From contig JAVLKG010000001.1 of assembly GCA_032128875.1 (NCBI GenBank), positions 384,001 to 448,000 on the forward strand: 64,000 bases of DNA, written 5' to 3'. The stretch comes from Candidatus Melainabacteria bacterium 17Bon1m (GTDB lineage: Bacteria > Cyanobacteriota > Vampirovibrionia > Obscuribacterales > Obscuribacteraceae). Made by a program: the position numbers and the translations under genes. Positions 1-9,512 of this stretch are shown piece by piece. The notes beneath the pieces are model-generated. The model saw nothing but the letters and a program-made list of their open reading frames with translations, ran no database searches and was not told the DNA's origin. Within the stretch, counting starts at the first letter, position 1. Each line of letters begins with the position of its first letter.

Positions 1-995
1 CTTTCGAATTCGCTGGACTTGTTGCCTTCTCTTATGTCTTTAAGTGCGTTTACTGTTGCTTCTGCATCGGATTTTAAAACAATTTCCAGGCAGTTTTTAC
101 CAACCAATTCCGCCGGTTCGAATCCGAACATTGGCTTCGCCGCAGGACTCAGCTTTGTGAAGTTACCGTCCCTATCCAGGGAGAATATGACGTCGGCTGC
201 GTTTTCCACGAACGCCCGTTCTTTTCTGGCTGCAGCATTTAAAGCATTCGCCATTTCTTTGAATACTCTATCCAAGTGCGACAATTCGTCATTGCCGGAA
301 AGCGGCGGATTAAGTGGTTGCCCGCGTCCAAGTCGCACAGAATTGTCCATCAAGATGGCAAGACGACTTGTAACTTCTTTGTTGAAATTTACTACTAGAA
401 GAACTGAGACGACAATTGTCACTCCGACTAACGAATAGAGAAGCATCTTTATCTTCTCACGCAGCTCGGATTGAGTCTGTGGACTGGTCTTCTCAATTTC
501 GCGCTCTACGGACAAGATGGCTTCGAGTTCGGTAATCAGATCGCGCAAGATCATTTTAAGTGCGGGGAGTTCTGACGCGAGAGCGAGGTCGCCGCCCTGC
601 CTGAACATTCGCTTCACCTGTTTAAGTTTTTCCGCGCTGCAACCTGCCTTGCGCTGCAATTCTCTTAAGTGATTCATTTCCTGCGGATTGTCCGCGAGCA
701 ATCTCTCGAGTGGCGGCACCTCTCGCTCGAATCCTTCGCGCAGAGAATAGGTCGCCTCCATCTTTCGCCCGGTGCCGATTAGCCCTTCGGCGGTCACCCC
801 TGCTATATAACCAATAATGAGTCTATGAATCTGATTTACGTGGTGAATGATCTCGCGCGCGCGGACTTCCTTTTCCCGCTCTTTCTCGGTCTCGTCCAGC
901 AGTTTTCCCAACATTGAGACGAATGTGAGCTGCACGCAGAGCGGCACCGCCACAAGAAAGAACACCTTTTGAGAAAGTTTTAGACCCGGCTGCAT
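1..995 (-). CDS. Membrane sensor protein (TM-periplasmic-TM-HAMP-PAS), probably a histidine kinase; runs off the left edge
   Basis: Not in the ORF track because it is open at the edge. Manual translation from the ATG at 995 gives MQPGLKLSQKVFFLVAVPLCVQLTFVSML (TM), then HAMP-like RLAILMDNSVRLGRGQPLNPPLSGNDELSHLDRVFKEMA, then PAS-like FVENAADVIFSLDRDGNFTKLSPAAKPMFGFEPAELVGKN. No kinase domain is visible inside the window. Confidence 0.8.
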   Translation of the reverse strand, partial: MQPGLKLSQKVFFLVAVPLCVQLTFVSMLGKLLDETEKEREKEVRAREIIHHVNQIHRLIIGYIAGVTAEGLIGTGRKMEATYSLREGFEREVPPLERLLADNPQEMNHLRELQRKAGCSAEKLKQVKRMFRQGGDLALASELPALKMILRDLITELEAILSVEREIEKTSPQTQSELREKIKMLLYSLVGVTIVVSVLLVVNFNKEVTSRLAILMDNSVRLGRGQPLNPPLSGNDELSHLDRVFKEMANALNAAARKERAFVENAADVIFSLDRDGNFTKLSPAAKPMFGFEPAELVGKNCLEIVLKSDAEATVNALKDIREGNKSSEFE

Positions 996-1267
996 GGTCG
1001 GCCCCGCCAGCTACGCCTCATTACTATATATAGCTTACCCAATTTCGCCGCCTGTCCGGGCTCGAAAAGGTTGCCAGGTGGATTTGGGGGATTGTCACGT
1101 GAGTGTCATTTTTGGACCCTAATCTTCTCGGCAACCCTCAGATAACCAGCTGGACCACTTTCGGCACCCAGCATTCCCAGTCCAACACTTACTACCGATC
1201 TCCATAGCCTTAGCCCGATGCACGAACCCTGCATCAGCTGAGAGCGTTTCACCCCAGGAGGAACACC

Positions 1268-3079
1268 ATGACACGTCAGGTGGAAAACTTTAACGCGTGC
1301 CCAGAACGCCAGCCGCAAACTACCGACCACTTGTGTAACGAGGTTTACACCCCAGAGAACAGAAATCAACTCTGCGGACCGAAGAAGCCGGAGACCAATT
1401 GCAATTCAGATGACGACTTCAATAGTTTTCTTTCTGACAATCTAAGCCAGAACATTTACGATGGTGGTTGTGGCAATCAAGGCGACAACAAATATCTGAA
1501 GAACATCGATAAGGGACAGAAGTCACTTGGTAAAGCAACAACGGACCTCGAACAAGCACTTTCTGCGCTAGATAACGGAGATACCAGTGGCGCTCAAAAG
1601 CAAATTGAAGATGCACTTAAGCGCAGTGGAAAAGCTGTAGACAGATTCGAGAGTGCAAATGAGAAGCACAAGGGTGGTGGCGCAAATGGTGCTTACGGTG
1701 AAGATGGACTGAAAGATGGATCGCGCGAAATCAATGGATCTCGCGATGAGATGAAGAATGCGCTCGACTTACTAAAATGTGGAAAAACTGGAGCAGCATA
1801 CGAATCGATTCGCAATGCTTTGAACGGGCTCAAGTCCGGTGGTGAGGAAGTTCAAGCGGGTGAAGATGCTTTGACTGGCAGAAAGCCGGTGAACACAGCA
1901 CGTGGTCGCGAAGCTGCATCGGACCGAGAATTCAAGGAAGGTGCTAAAGAGTTCGATCGCACCGGCGACGCATTGGAAGACGCACTTAACTCACTCGATC
2001 ATGGTGACAAAGGCAGCGCAATGCGTGATTTGGAGCGCAGCCAGCGCAGCTTGGGAGAAGGACAAAACAACTACAGAGACGGTTTGAGACTCAATCAACT
2101 GGGTGACGAATCTGGTGTGAAGAAAGGTCTGGAAACGTCCAAGAGTGTAGACCAATCAATTGACGCGGCAATGCAACTGTTGGAGGCTGGTTGCGCAAGA
2201 GAAGCGAAGCAGATGATTCAAGAAGCGATGAGTCGCCTTGAGAAAAGTACTGATCAACTCGCTCAAGGAGTCGAAAAGCAAGACAACGTTTATGACTTCC
2301 GTCCTGGCGATCGTAGCCAAGCTGGACGAGATATTACCTTACCAGGTGACTACGGCAACAATAATCGTGATTGGCAGGATAGATTGAGACCGATTGACCG
2401 TGACAGAATTACTCTGTTCCCTGGTGAATTTGGTATCACTGACTTCCTCAACGGAAGCAGCGACAATCGTGGTACCAACTGGCAAGATTACAACCAAGAT
2501 CGTCGTGACCCGATGGATTTCAATCCTCTCGATCCCGCTGGACTCTTTGGTGATAACTTCAACCCGCTAGACCCGGCTGGTCTGTTTGGAAACAACAGAG
2601 ATGGTGGCTTTAATCCGTTAGATCCTGCGGGCTTGTTTGGAAACAACGGAGATGGTGGCTTTAATCCGCTAGATCCTGCTGGTCTGTTCGGCAACAATGA
2701 CGGAGGGTTCAATCCGCTCGATCCTATCGGCTTGTTCGACCAAGGTGGCAAGAACGGTGGTTTCAACCCTCTCGATCCGATTGGATTGTTCGATAAGGGC
2801 GGCAAGAATGGTGGCTTCAATCCGCTTGATCCAGCCGGTTTGCTTGGTGGCAAAGATGGTGGCTTCGATCCACTCGATCCAGCCGGTTTGCTTGGTGGCA
2901 AAGATGGTGGCTTCAATCCGCTTGATCCAGCCGGTTTGCTTGGTGGTAAAGACGGTGGCTTCAATCCGCTCGATCCTGCCGGACTTCTGTCGAGCAACGA
3001 TAAAGGCAACGACAGCCCACTCGACATACTGAACCCTGTAAAAATCACCAAGAAAATCTTTGGAGGACTCTTCGGTTAA
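1268..3079 (+). CDS. Hypothetical protein with helical repeats and ten C-terminal F[ND]PLDPxGL repeats
   Basis: 603-aa ORF with strong RBS (AGGAGG) and a downstream terminator. Repeats are visible in the translation. Confidence 0.85.
   Translation: MTRQVENFNACPERQPQTTDHLCNEVYTPENRNQLCGPKKPETNCNSDDDFNSFLSDNLSQNIYDGGCGNQGDNKYLKNIDKGQKSLGKATTDLEQALSALDNGDTSGAQKQIEDALKRSGKAVDRFESANEKHKGGGANGAYGEDGLKDGSREINGSRDEMKNALDLLKCGKTGAAYESIRNALNGLKSGGEEVQAGEDALTGRKPVNTARGREAASDREFKEGAKEFDRTGDALEDALNSLDHGDKGSAMRDLERSQRSLGEGQNNYRDGLRLNQLGDESGVKKGLETSKSVDQSIDAAMQLLEAGCAREAKQMIQEAMSRLEKSTDQLAQGVEKQDNVYDFRPGDRSQAGRDITLPGDYGNNNRDWQDRLRPIDRDRITLFPGEFGITDFLNGSSDNRGTNWQDYNQDRRDPMDFNPLDPAGLFGDNFNPLDPAGLFGNNRDGGFNPLDPAGLFGNNGDGGFNPLDPAGLFGNNDGGFNPLDPIGLFDQGGKNGGFNPLDPIGLFDKGGKNGGFNPLDPAGLLGGKDGGFDPLDPAGLLGGKDGGFNPLDPAGLLGGKDGGFNPLDPAGLLSSNDKGNDSPLDILNPVKITKKIFGGLFG
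2519..2989 (+). repeat. Intragenic tandem peptide repeat, 10 x F[ND]PLDP[AI]GL[FL] with G/N/D/K linkers
   Basis: Counted in the translation. Codons vary between copies, and the last copies are near-identical at DNA level. Confidence 0.95.
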
Positions 3080-3172
3080 TCGTTGGAGACGCTACAAACG
3101 GGTTACTAAAAACAGAAGGACTCAATAAATTCGACTACTACAAAGACTTACTACAAGGATCGGTTTATTGCG

Positions 3173-3207
3173 AGAAGGAGAGGGCGCTACGGCGTCCTCT
3201 CTTCTTT
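3173..3207 (+). terminator. Probable intrinsic terminator
   Basis: Hairpin agaaggagagggcgc-tacg-gcgtcctctcttct followed by tt, downstream of 1268..3079. Confidence 0.6.
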
Positions 3208-3231
3208 AGCGAAACCAACTTAAGTAATCGG

Positions 3232-3291
3232 CGGGCGGCATGAATGCCGCCCCTACAGTCGCCCCCGTAGGGGCGGCATTCATGCCGCCCG
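3232..3291. repeat. REP doublet (REPIN-like): two inverted GTAG-type REPs
   Basis: GTAGGGGCGGCATTCATGCCGCCCG at 3267-3291 and its exact reverse complement at 3232-3256, with a 10-bp spacer. Each copy is a GTAG tetranucleotide followed by a GC-rich palindrome. Confidence 0.8.
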
Positions 3292-3359
3292 TTCCTATAG
3301 ACAAGGAGTTCCTATCGTCGAGGAATTTCTACCGACGAGGAATTTCTACCGACAAGGAA
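3292..3359. repeat. 4 x 17-bp tandem repeat
   Basis: ttcctatagacaaggag / ttcctatcgtcgaggaa / tttctaccgacgaggaa / tttctaccgacaaggaa. Confidence 0.85.
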
Positions 3360-3413
3360 TTGCATTCCCTGATGAGTTGATTTTGCAAGGGAATGTGTTT
3401 CGCAAAAGTTAGC

Positions 3414-4091
3414 TTAGTCAGTGACGAGTTTGTAGCCGACGCCGTAAATGTTTTCTAGCATCGATGGTTGCCCTTCGATATCAATCTTTTGGCGCAAACG
3501 TTTTACACATGTGCGCACTGTTTCTGGACCAACGTTTGATTCCGATTTCCAAACGCGATCCAAAAGGTTTTGCGCACTAAAAACTTGATTTGGGTGGCGC
3601 ATCAAATGTTCGAGCAAAGCGAACTCTTTCGGGTGCAAGGTAATTTCTTTTCCGTCGCGCGTCAATTTATGCGCCGAAGGGTCGAGCACCAATCCACCCG
3701 CCTCCAAAACATTGCTCGGCGCCGTTGAGCCCGAGCGTCTCAATAACGCGCGCACTCTTGCCGAAAGTTCTTTCAAGTGGAAAGGTTTCGTCAAATAGTC
3801 GTCTGCGCCGCTGTCGAGCCCTTTTTCTTTCTCGTCGATGGTGTCTTTGCCGGTGAGCATCAAAATTGGCGTGGTGCCACCTTTGAAGCGAAACTCCTTG
3901 CAAAGCTCAACGCCCGTGACTCCGGGAAGTCCCCAATCGAGAACGATTACGTCGTAGTGATAGTTGTTCAGCAATTCACGCGCGTCTTCGCCGTTGTAGG
4001 CGCATTCGAGCGTGTGGTATTCGCCTGACAAGCTGTCCGAAACCAAGTCAGCAAGCAGTTTGTCGTCATCAACTACGAGGATTTTTGCCAT
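3414..4091 (-). CDS. OmpR/PhoB-family response regulator
   Basis: Receiver domain (ILVVDDD, LDWGLPG, GADDYLTKPF) plus winged helix (KEFALLEHL, RLRQKID, YGVGYK). Confidence 0.95.
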   Translation of the reverse strand: MAKILVVDDDKLLADLVSDSLSGEYHTLECAYNGEDARELLNNYHYDVIVLDWGLPGVTGVELCKEFRFKGGTTPILMLTGKDTIDEKEKGLDSGADDYLTKPFHLKELSARVRALLRRSGSTAPSNVLEAGGLVLDPSAHKLTRDGKEITLHPKEFALLEHLMRHPNQVFSAQNLLDRVWKSESNVGPETVRTCVKRLRQKIDIEGQPSMLENIYGVGYKLVTD

Positions 4092-4264
4092 CTGACTAGA
4101 AACGGGGACCCGCTACAAAAAGGGAATGACTGTATGTCATGAATTTAGCCCATTCTGCGCTTATGTTCAATCTCTGGCTTGGTTTACAAGAGGGGTTTGC
4201 TTGAAGTTCTCGACGGGCGCCTAACTCAGCGCCAACTTGACCTAGCCCAGCACCAACCAGCTAT

Positions 4265-4321
4265 CCGAGCATCAACCGGTTCATAGCCGAGCATCAACCA
4301 GTTCTTAGCCGAGCATCAACC
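4265..4321. repeat. 3 x 22-bp-period tandem repeat overlapping the 3' end of 4305..5999
   Basis: Core ccgagcatcaacc at 4265, 4287 and 4309. Confidence 0.8.
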
Positions 4322-5999
4322 GGCGCGCGCTGTACCAGCCGTCGCCCGAGCCGCCCCACCAGTTGTTGACCAGGAATCTGTCCGTCTTGGGATCGTAATC
4401 GTCGATTGCCATGGCGTGTCCGGGGATGATATATCCGACCGAGCCATTTTTGAGTTGTCTGATCAAGCTTTCTTTTCTGTAGCGTCCACCTGTCCAGGTG
4501 TCGTGAATTGCCATTTTTTGTCCGGTCGCCATCATGCGAACGTATTCCATTTGGTCGTTCGTGGTGCCGGGGAAGTTGCCGCCGTTGCTCTTGTAACCAA
4601 GCGTTGCCATCGCGGCGAATTGGAAGAGTTGGTTGGAGTATGTGCGGTGATATGTGGGCTGATATTTGATTTGGTTTGCGCCTAGTTCGACTACTCGTTT
4701 TTGTCCGTTCTTTGTATTGCCTCGCGAAGTGACGCAACCAGTCGTCAGCGCTTCTCTCAACCAGCGGGTCAAATCTTGCGGGCGGCGCTGTGCGAGTGTG
4801 TCTTCAACGGAGTTGAGTGCGCAGGTCCCAACCGGACCTTGGTTAATGTACTTGGTCGGGTTTGCTAATTCCATGAGTTCTGTTTCGACTGCTAATCGGC
4901 GTTCGCCATGTGTAACGCGTTTTGCATTGCCCTTGGGCTCATCGGTGAAAACGCGGCAGAGATTTCTATAGGATTCAGCGATATCGTCTGGTGATGCGGC
5001 TTTCCATCCCTTGTCACGAAAACGTTGTTGACGCGCCTCGAACTTGTCCATCCACGAATCGATTGTACTTTCGCTGCCTTTGAAAACACCATGTCGGGCT
5101 GCGATTTTGATGAAGTCTTCGCGAGCGGTTGCGAGGTCGGCGCTGCCGTACTCGCTCGGTCCGACCATGAAGTTGGTGACGATTTCTTGATAGGCGAGAT
5201 TTCCGTCGTCCATGATTTGGACGTTCTTGCGCCAGGTTGTTTTGTTGGTGCCTTCAGTGTGAGTGACAAACTTTTCTGTGTCGCCAATTCTGTCTGAAAT
5301 TTGTACGACTTGTCCGCCCATGGCGGTTTGATACCGTTCTACAATTTGTGTTGCTTTTGTTGGTTTGCTTTCGTCGGTGTATTTGTACTCGATGATAGAA
5401 CCGTCTGCCTTAATCACGCTTTCTAAGCGCGAAGTCGCCTTGCCGTTTACATCGACAACTTCGTGAGTAGTGTTGGTGAAATCAGAGTGCATTGTGGAAA
5501 CGCGTTTGCCATCATCGGAAGCAATCATTACGTTGCCGATGTTCTCACCTTTCTGCACAACCTGAATTCGTGAAGCCAATGCTTTCAAGTCATCATCTTG
5601 AGTGCTTCCGCTCAAGTCGATGACTGACTCTTGTCCATTCATTTTGGTCGTGATTTTCTCTACCAGTGGAGCACCATTGGCGTCGAGTTTTACTTTGTTG
5701 TTTTCGTCTCTTTGATATTCGATAGACTGAGAATTTTCTCCTTTTCGCACTTCCGTTACGAAGCCACCTTCCAGCTTTACGAAAGAGCCATCACGCTTTT
5801 TCATCTCTACTGGCGGTTCTGTTATTTCGCTTCCAGGTCCGCGCACTTCGGTTCTGTCCATTACAACGGGTGTTTCCGTTTTGCTGGACAAATCCACATT
5901 CCAATTTGGCCGTTGATTCTCGGGTGGAACGTACTTTTCGGATTGCTGGTCGCCGACGCCGGCTTCATACGGCTTGGCTGTTGTTGTTCGGTTGCTCAT
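4305..5999 (-). CDS. Hypothetical protein with a C-terminal papain-like (clan CA) cysteine protease domain
   Basis: NQGPVGTCAL (oxyanion Gln and catalytic Cys), GHAMAI (His), LVNNWWG (Asn-x-W-W-G). Confidence 0.7.
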   Translation of the reverse strand: MSNRTTTAKPYEAGVGDQQSEKYVPPENQRPNWNVDLSSKTETPVVMDRTEVRGPGSEITEPPVEMKKRDGSFVKLEGGFVTEVRKGENSQSIEYQRDENNKVKLDANGAPLVEKITTKMNGQESVIDLSGSTQDDDLKALASRIQVVQKGENIGNVMIASDDGKRVSTMHSDFTNTTHEVVDVNGKATSRLESVIKADGSIIEYKYTDESKPTKATQIVERYQTAMGGQVVQISDRIGDTEKFVTHTEGTNKTTWRKNVQIMDDGNLAYQEIVTNFMVGPSEYGSADLATAREDFIKIAARHGVFKGSESTIDSWMDKFEARQQRFRDKGWKAASPDDIAESYRNLCRVFTDEPKGNAKRVTHGERRLAVETELMELANPTKYINQGPVGTCALNSVEDTLAQRRPQDLTRWLREALTTGCVTSRGNTKNGQKRVVELGANQIKYQPTYHRTYSNQLFQFAAMATLGYKSNGGNFPGTTNDQMEYVRMMATGQKMAIHDTWTGGRYRKESLIRQLKNGSVGYIIPGHAMAIDDYDPKTDRFLVNNWWGGSGDGWYSARRLMLG

Positions 6000-6184
6000 A
6001 ATTCTTGCGGCTTAGATGGGTGCGCCGCTAGCGGAGGGAGTGATGCCGTTGAATGTTTTTTCTGCTATGCCGATCTCTGCGTCCGAAGCTTTTTCAGCTT
6101 TCTTATGGAGAATTCCAAAATAACTTCGGAGCAGATTCGGTTGGTTTGGCGAACTTTATAGAGACTGACTTTTGATTTGGACCA

Positions 6185-6240
6185 GGCGACGCATGGCGTC
6201 TCCCCTAAGGTTTTCTTGGGCGTGTGCAACACGCCCCCAC
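6185..6240 (-). repeat. Two degenerate GTAG-family REP-like palindromes
   Basis: The minus strand reads GTGGGGGCGTGTTGCACACGCCC and TTAGGGGAGACGCCATGCGTCGCC, the same architecture as the REP at 3267. Confidence 0.55.
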
Positions 6241-6244
6241 GCTT

Positions 6245-7756
6245 CTACGATTTGCGTTTTGCCTGAGCTTGCGCTTTAGCGTTGTTATTGTTGTTGATCA
6301 GATCAACGAACTTGATGATTTCAGTTTCTTTCGGCGGTGTGGGGTTGCGTTGCAAATCTGCAATCAACTTGTCGCCGTTGTCCTTCTTCACCTTCTCGAG
6401 ATCTGGTTGACCGCCCTGGCTGCTGTCATACTTCTTCGCTGTTTCGACCAACTGCGAGTTTCTGATTGCCGCTTCCAACGCTGAGTTGTTTTCGAACATC
6501 GCGTGGACATCGGTTGTGTTGGCTTCGCCGTGCGCTGCCTTGTCGTAGAAGTTTGCAAATGCTCCCGAGAATTGCTCCAGTTTGGCTGGATCGTTGCAGA
6601 TGGTTTCCATATTGTTGCCGAAGTCGGTGAGCGCTTTAGCGCCTTCAGTGTCACCTTGTTTTTCGAGTGCGGCAGCGCGATCACTAATGTTTTTCTTGAT
6701 GTCTTTGCCGTGAGCCTTCATGTACTCTTGCAGCTTCTTCATCTTCTCTGGTGACCACGGTGGATCGCCGAGTTCTGCCAGGAGTTCGGGCGGCAACATT
6801 GATGCCATCATCCAATTGGCGTAGTGATTTGCGTGCATGTCGCCCATTGCGGTGGACATGTCTTTCAGAGCCTGGAATCCACGTTCTTTGTATGCGCCGT
6901 TGTCGGTGCCCGGATCAATTTTGTCGTCCTGCTCTGGCCCCAATTCGTCATCCGGATTGAGGTCGTTGCCACCACCGCCGCCGCCGCCATCGCAGCCGCC
7001 ACCACCGCCACCACCACCGTCCGGCAATTCCGGATCATCAGGAAGCTGCTCATCCTCTGGATCTTTCTGATCAGCTGGTTTGTAGCGCTCACGGAATCTG
7101 TCGCGGTAGTCGGCAGAAAGCAAGTCACCGCCGTTGGAATCTTTTCCGCTGTCGATGCGTGGAGTGCAATTGGGGCACTTGTCGTGGATCATGGTGCCCA
7201 AGTCATCGATGACTTTCTCTGTTAGTTTTGGATCCGCGCCTGCTTCTACCTGCACGTTGTATTGACTGAGCGGTTTGTCTCCATCGTTGAGTCCTTTGGC
7301 CATGTCCACTGTGCCGTCTGCCTTGATGACGATGTCGGCTGGCTGTGAATCATTCTTAGGTTGAACGTTAATGGCTGGCGATTCACCGTCGGCGATCTTG
7401 GGACGTGCCGCATCAACTGCCGGCATACTCTCGTTGACTTGATACTTAGCTGTTTCGTTTGATTTGAATGCGGCTGGCACATCGGCTGTGTTTACTTTCA
7501 CTTCCGGTGATACCACTGCTGGTGTGGCATCGACGACTGCCGGTGTGGCTGGTGCGTCGTATCCTGCGACAGGTCCAAAGCTGACACTGCTCGTATCTGC
7601 AGTAAAGGCTGAGCTGGTGAATGAGTCACTGCTAGTGAAACAAGACCCACTGGAGAATGACGATGTAAAACACGGTTCGAATGATGCTGGGGCGAAGGAC
7701 GCGGCAGGTGCAAACGATGCACCACCATCACCCACTGATCCAATACTGTCGCTCAT
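6245..7756 (-). CDS. Hypothetical protein (low-complexity S/F/A-rich N-terminus, poly-Gly linker, helical C-terminus)
   Basis: 503-aa ORF with RBS GAAGGAGA upstream and a GGGGGGGGCDGGGGGGG linker. Confidence 0.8.
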   Translation of the reverse strand: MSDSIGSVGDGGASFAPAASFAPASFEPCFTSSFSSGSCFTSSDSFTSSAFTADTSSVSFGPVAGYDAPATPAVVDATPAVVSPEVKVNTADVPAAFKSNETAKYQVNESMPAVDAARPKIADGESPAINVQPKNDSQPADIVIKADGTVDMAKGLNDGDKPLSQYNVQVEAGADPKLTEKVIDDLGTMIHDKCPNCTPRIDSGKDSNGGDLLSADYRDRFRERYKPADQKDPEDEQLPDDPELPDGGGGGGGGCDGGGGGGGNDLNPDDELGPEQDDKIDPGTDNGAYKERGFQALKDMSTAMGDMHANHYANWMMASMLPPELLAELGDPPWSPEKMKKLQEYMKAHGKDIKKNISDRAAALEKQGDTEGAKALTDFGNNMETICNDPAKLEQFSGAFANFYDKAAHGEANTTDVHAMFENNSALEAAIRNSQLVETAKKYDSSQGGQPDLEKVKKDNGDKLIADLQRNPTPPKETEIIKFVDLINNNNNAKAQAQAKRKS

Positions 7757-8283
7757 AACTTTTAAATCTCCTTCCTTTTAGTGGAGTGGGGCTCCCCTCC
7801 TCAAGCAGCAGCTCTGCCAGGCGTTGGCAGTGCTATTTGGAAGATTGCTTGATAGAGCCCGGTTACAGGATGGGGGTCCTGATTGTCGTGAGAATGCCGG
7901 GTTCGTGCTCTGGAAAAATGGAGCAAGAGGGAGGACGGGGCGCAAGTGCATCCATCGTGCCGAACATCCGGTTTCCCGTCTGTTCAACTCGTCGTGTGTT
8001 GTTGCGCTCCTCTAAGTTATTTTTGCGGTATTGCAATTTTGTGGCACGACGATGGGAGGATTCCCACCCTGCCCACTGGCTGCCAAGAAGCGGGGTTTAA
8101 TCTTTCGCATTTCCTGTTTCCAAAGCGCATTGAAGGGCGCATGAAACCGTCGGCTTTTCGGACCCCGCCGTGGTACATAGTAAAGTGGATTTGCCGGACG
8201 CTTGAGTCTGGAGTTTTGTCTGTAATAGTCTGTAAAGTCTTACAGAGTTTAGGTTTTGGGCCGTCTGACGATAGAGTGCGGAG

Positions 8284-9510
8284 ATGGACGCCGAGTCTAC
8301 CCTGAGAAATGTCGAGCAACTCGCCTCGCCGGCGACCAACCGGTTTGAGGTTGGTCAGATTCTTGATGGAAAGTTTGAGATTCTCTCCCTTCTCGGGCGT
8401 GGCGGCATGGGTTCGGTCTATCGAGCCAAGCACCTTCTATTAAATATGGAAGTTGCCCTCAAGACTTTGGACACTGAGCGTCTTAACGATGCGACATCTT
8501 CCCGCCGATTTCAAACTGAAGCGAAAGCTGCCTTTTCACTTAAGCATCCTAATTTAGTGAAAGTTCATGACTATGGCGTCTTGGAAGACGGGCATCCTTT
8601 TTTTGTGATGGAACTTGTTAAAGGCAAAACCTTACAGGCCTTGATTAAGGAACGCGGGCAGTTGAGCTTGCAAGAAATCGCCGCCATTTTTCCACAGATT
8701 TGTTTTGGTCTTGCGCATGCACATGAACAGCAAGTCGTGCACCGTGATATGAAGCCCGCCAACATTATGATTGTTGATGGAATAGAACTCAGCAAAGAGG
8801 GAAGCGTAAAAATTCTCGATTTCGGCATTGCAAAGATTGTTGGTGTCGATCGTGGTGAAATGCAGACTCTCACTCAGACAGGCGAAATATTTGGCAGCCC
8901 GTCTTATATGAGTCCTGAACAGTGCTCGGGAGGTGCTATTGACCAACGAAGCGATGTCTACTCCGTTGGTTGTGTCCTATTCGAAGCGCTGACAGGCACG
9001 CCACCTTTTTCGGGCACCAATGCATTGCGTACGATGATGCAGCACGTGAGCTACCCGGCACCATCACTGAAAGAGGCTGCACTCGGAGCGGAATTTCCAG
9101 AGGCGATTGAGCAAATCGTCAAAAGGATGTTAGCGAAGTCGCCTGCGGATCGCTACTCGGAAATGGGCGTGGTAGCACACGATTTATATGTGGTGTGTGG
9201 ACGTCCGGAGAGCTCGAATGCAGACACGGTGCAAACAACCAAGCGCCTTAAGGAAAGTGTCTCTGCGCCGAAGAGCACGAATATTTCTCTAACCTACCTT
9301 CAATTAGGTGCGGCTATTTTTGCCACCATTCTCGTATCTGTTTTGGGGACTCTGTTGTACGAACAGTTCAACGTTCGAGAAGTTACACCGTCTTCTGAAG
9401 AAATTGACTCGATGAAAAAACTCGAGTCCTCATTGAAAGGAGCACCGAAAGCTTGGTCCTTAATTACTAACCCCACGGCTGATGCTGCAGTATTGGTTCA
9501 TAGGAAATAG
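8284..9510 (+). CDS. Hanks-type Ser/Thr protein kinase with one TM helix and a short C-terminal tail
   Basis: LGRGGMGSVY, VALK, HRDMKPAN, DFG, YMSPEQ, SDVYSVG; hydrophobic segment LGAAIFATILVSVLGTLLY. Confidence 0.93.
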   Translation: MDAESTLRNVEQLASPATNRFEVGQILDGKFEILSLLGRGGMGSVYRAKHLLLNMEVALKTLDTERLNDATSSRRFQTEAKAAFSLKHPNLVKVHDYGVLEDGHPFFVMELVKGKTLQALIKERGQLSLQEIAAIFPQICFGLAHAHEQQVVHRDMKPANIMIVDGIELSKEGSVKILDFGIAKIVGVDRGEMQTLTQTGEIFGSPSYMSPEQCSGGAIDQRSDVYSVGCVLFEALTGTPPFSGTNALRTMMQHVSYPAPSLKEAALGAEFPEAIEQIVKRMLAKSPADRYSEMGVVAHDLYVVCGRPESSNADTVQTTKRLKESVSAPKSTNISLTYLQLGAAIFATILVSVLGTLLYEQFNVREVTPSSEEIDSMKKLESSLKGAPKAWSLITNPTADAAVLVHRK

Positions 9511-9512
9511 CG

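Noticed and set aside
19-438. Plus-strand 139-aa ORF, and the many other antisense or nested ORFs in the track (e.g. 2488..3051, 39964..40710)
   Set aside because: Shadows of well-supported genes on the opposite strand or in another frame.
2519-2989. CRISPR array
   Set aside because: The repeats are in frame, vary at synonymous positions and lack unique spacers. No cas genes are present.
3292-3359. Mini-CRISPR
   Set aside because: Contiguous 17-bp units without spacers.
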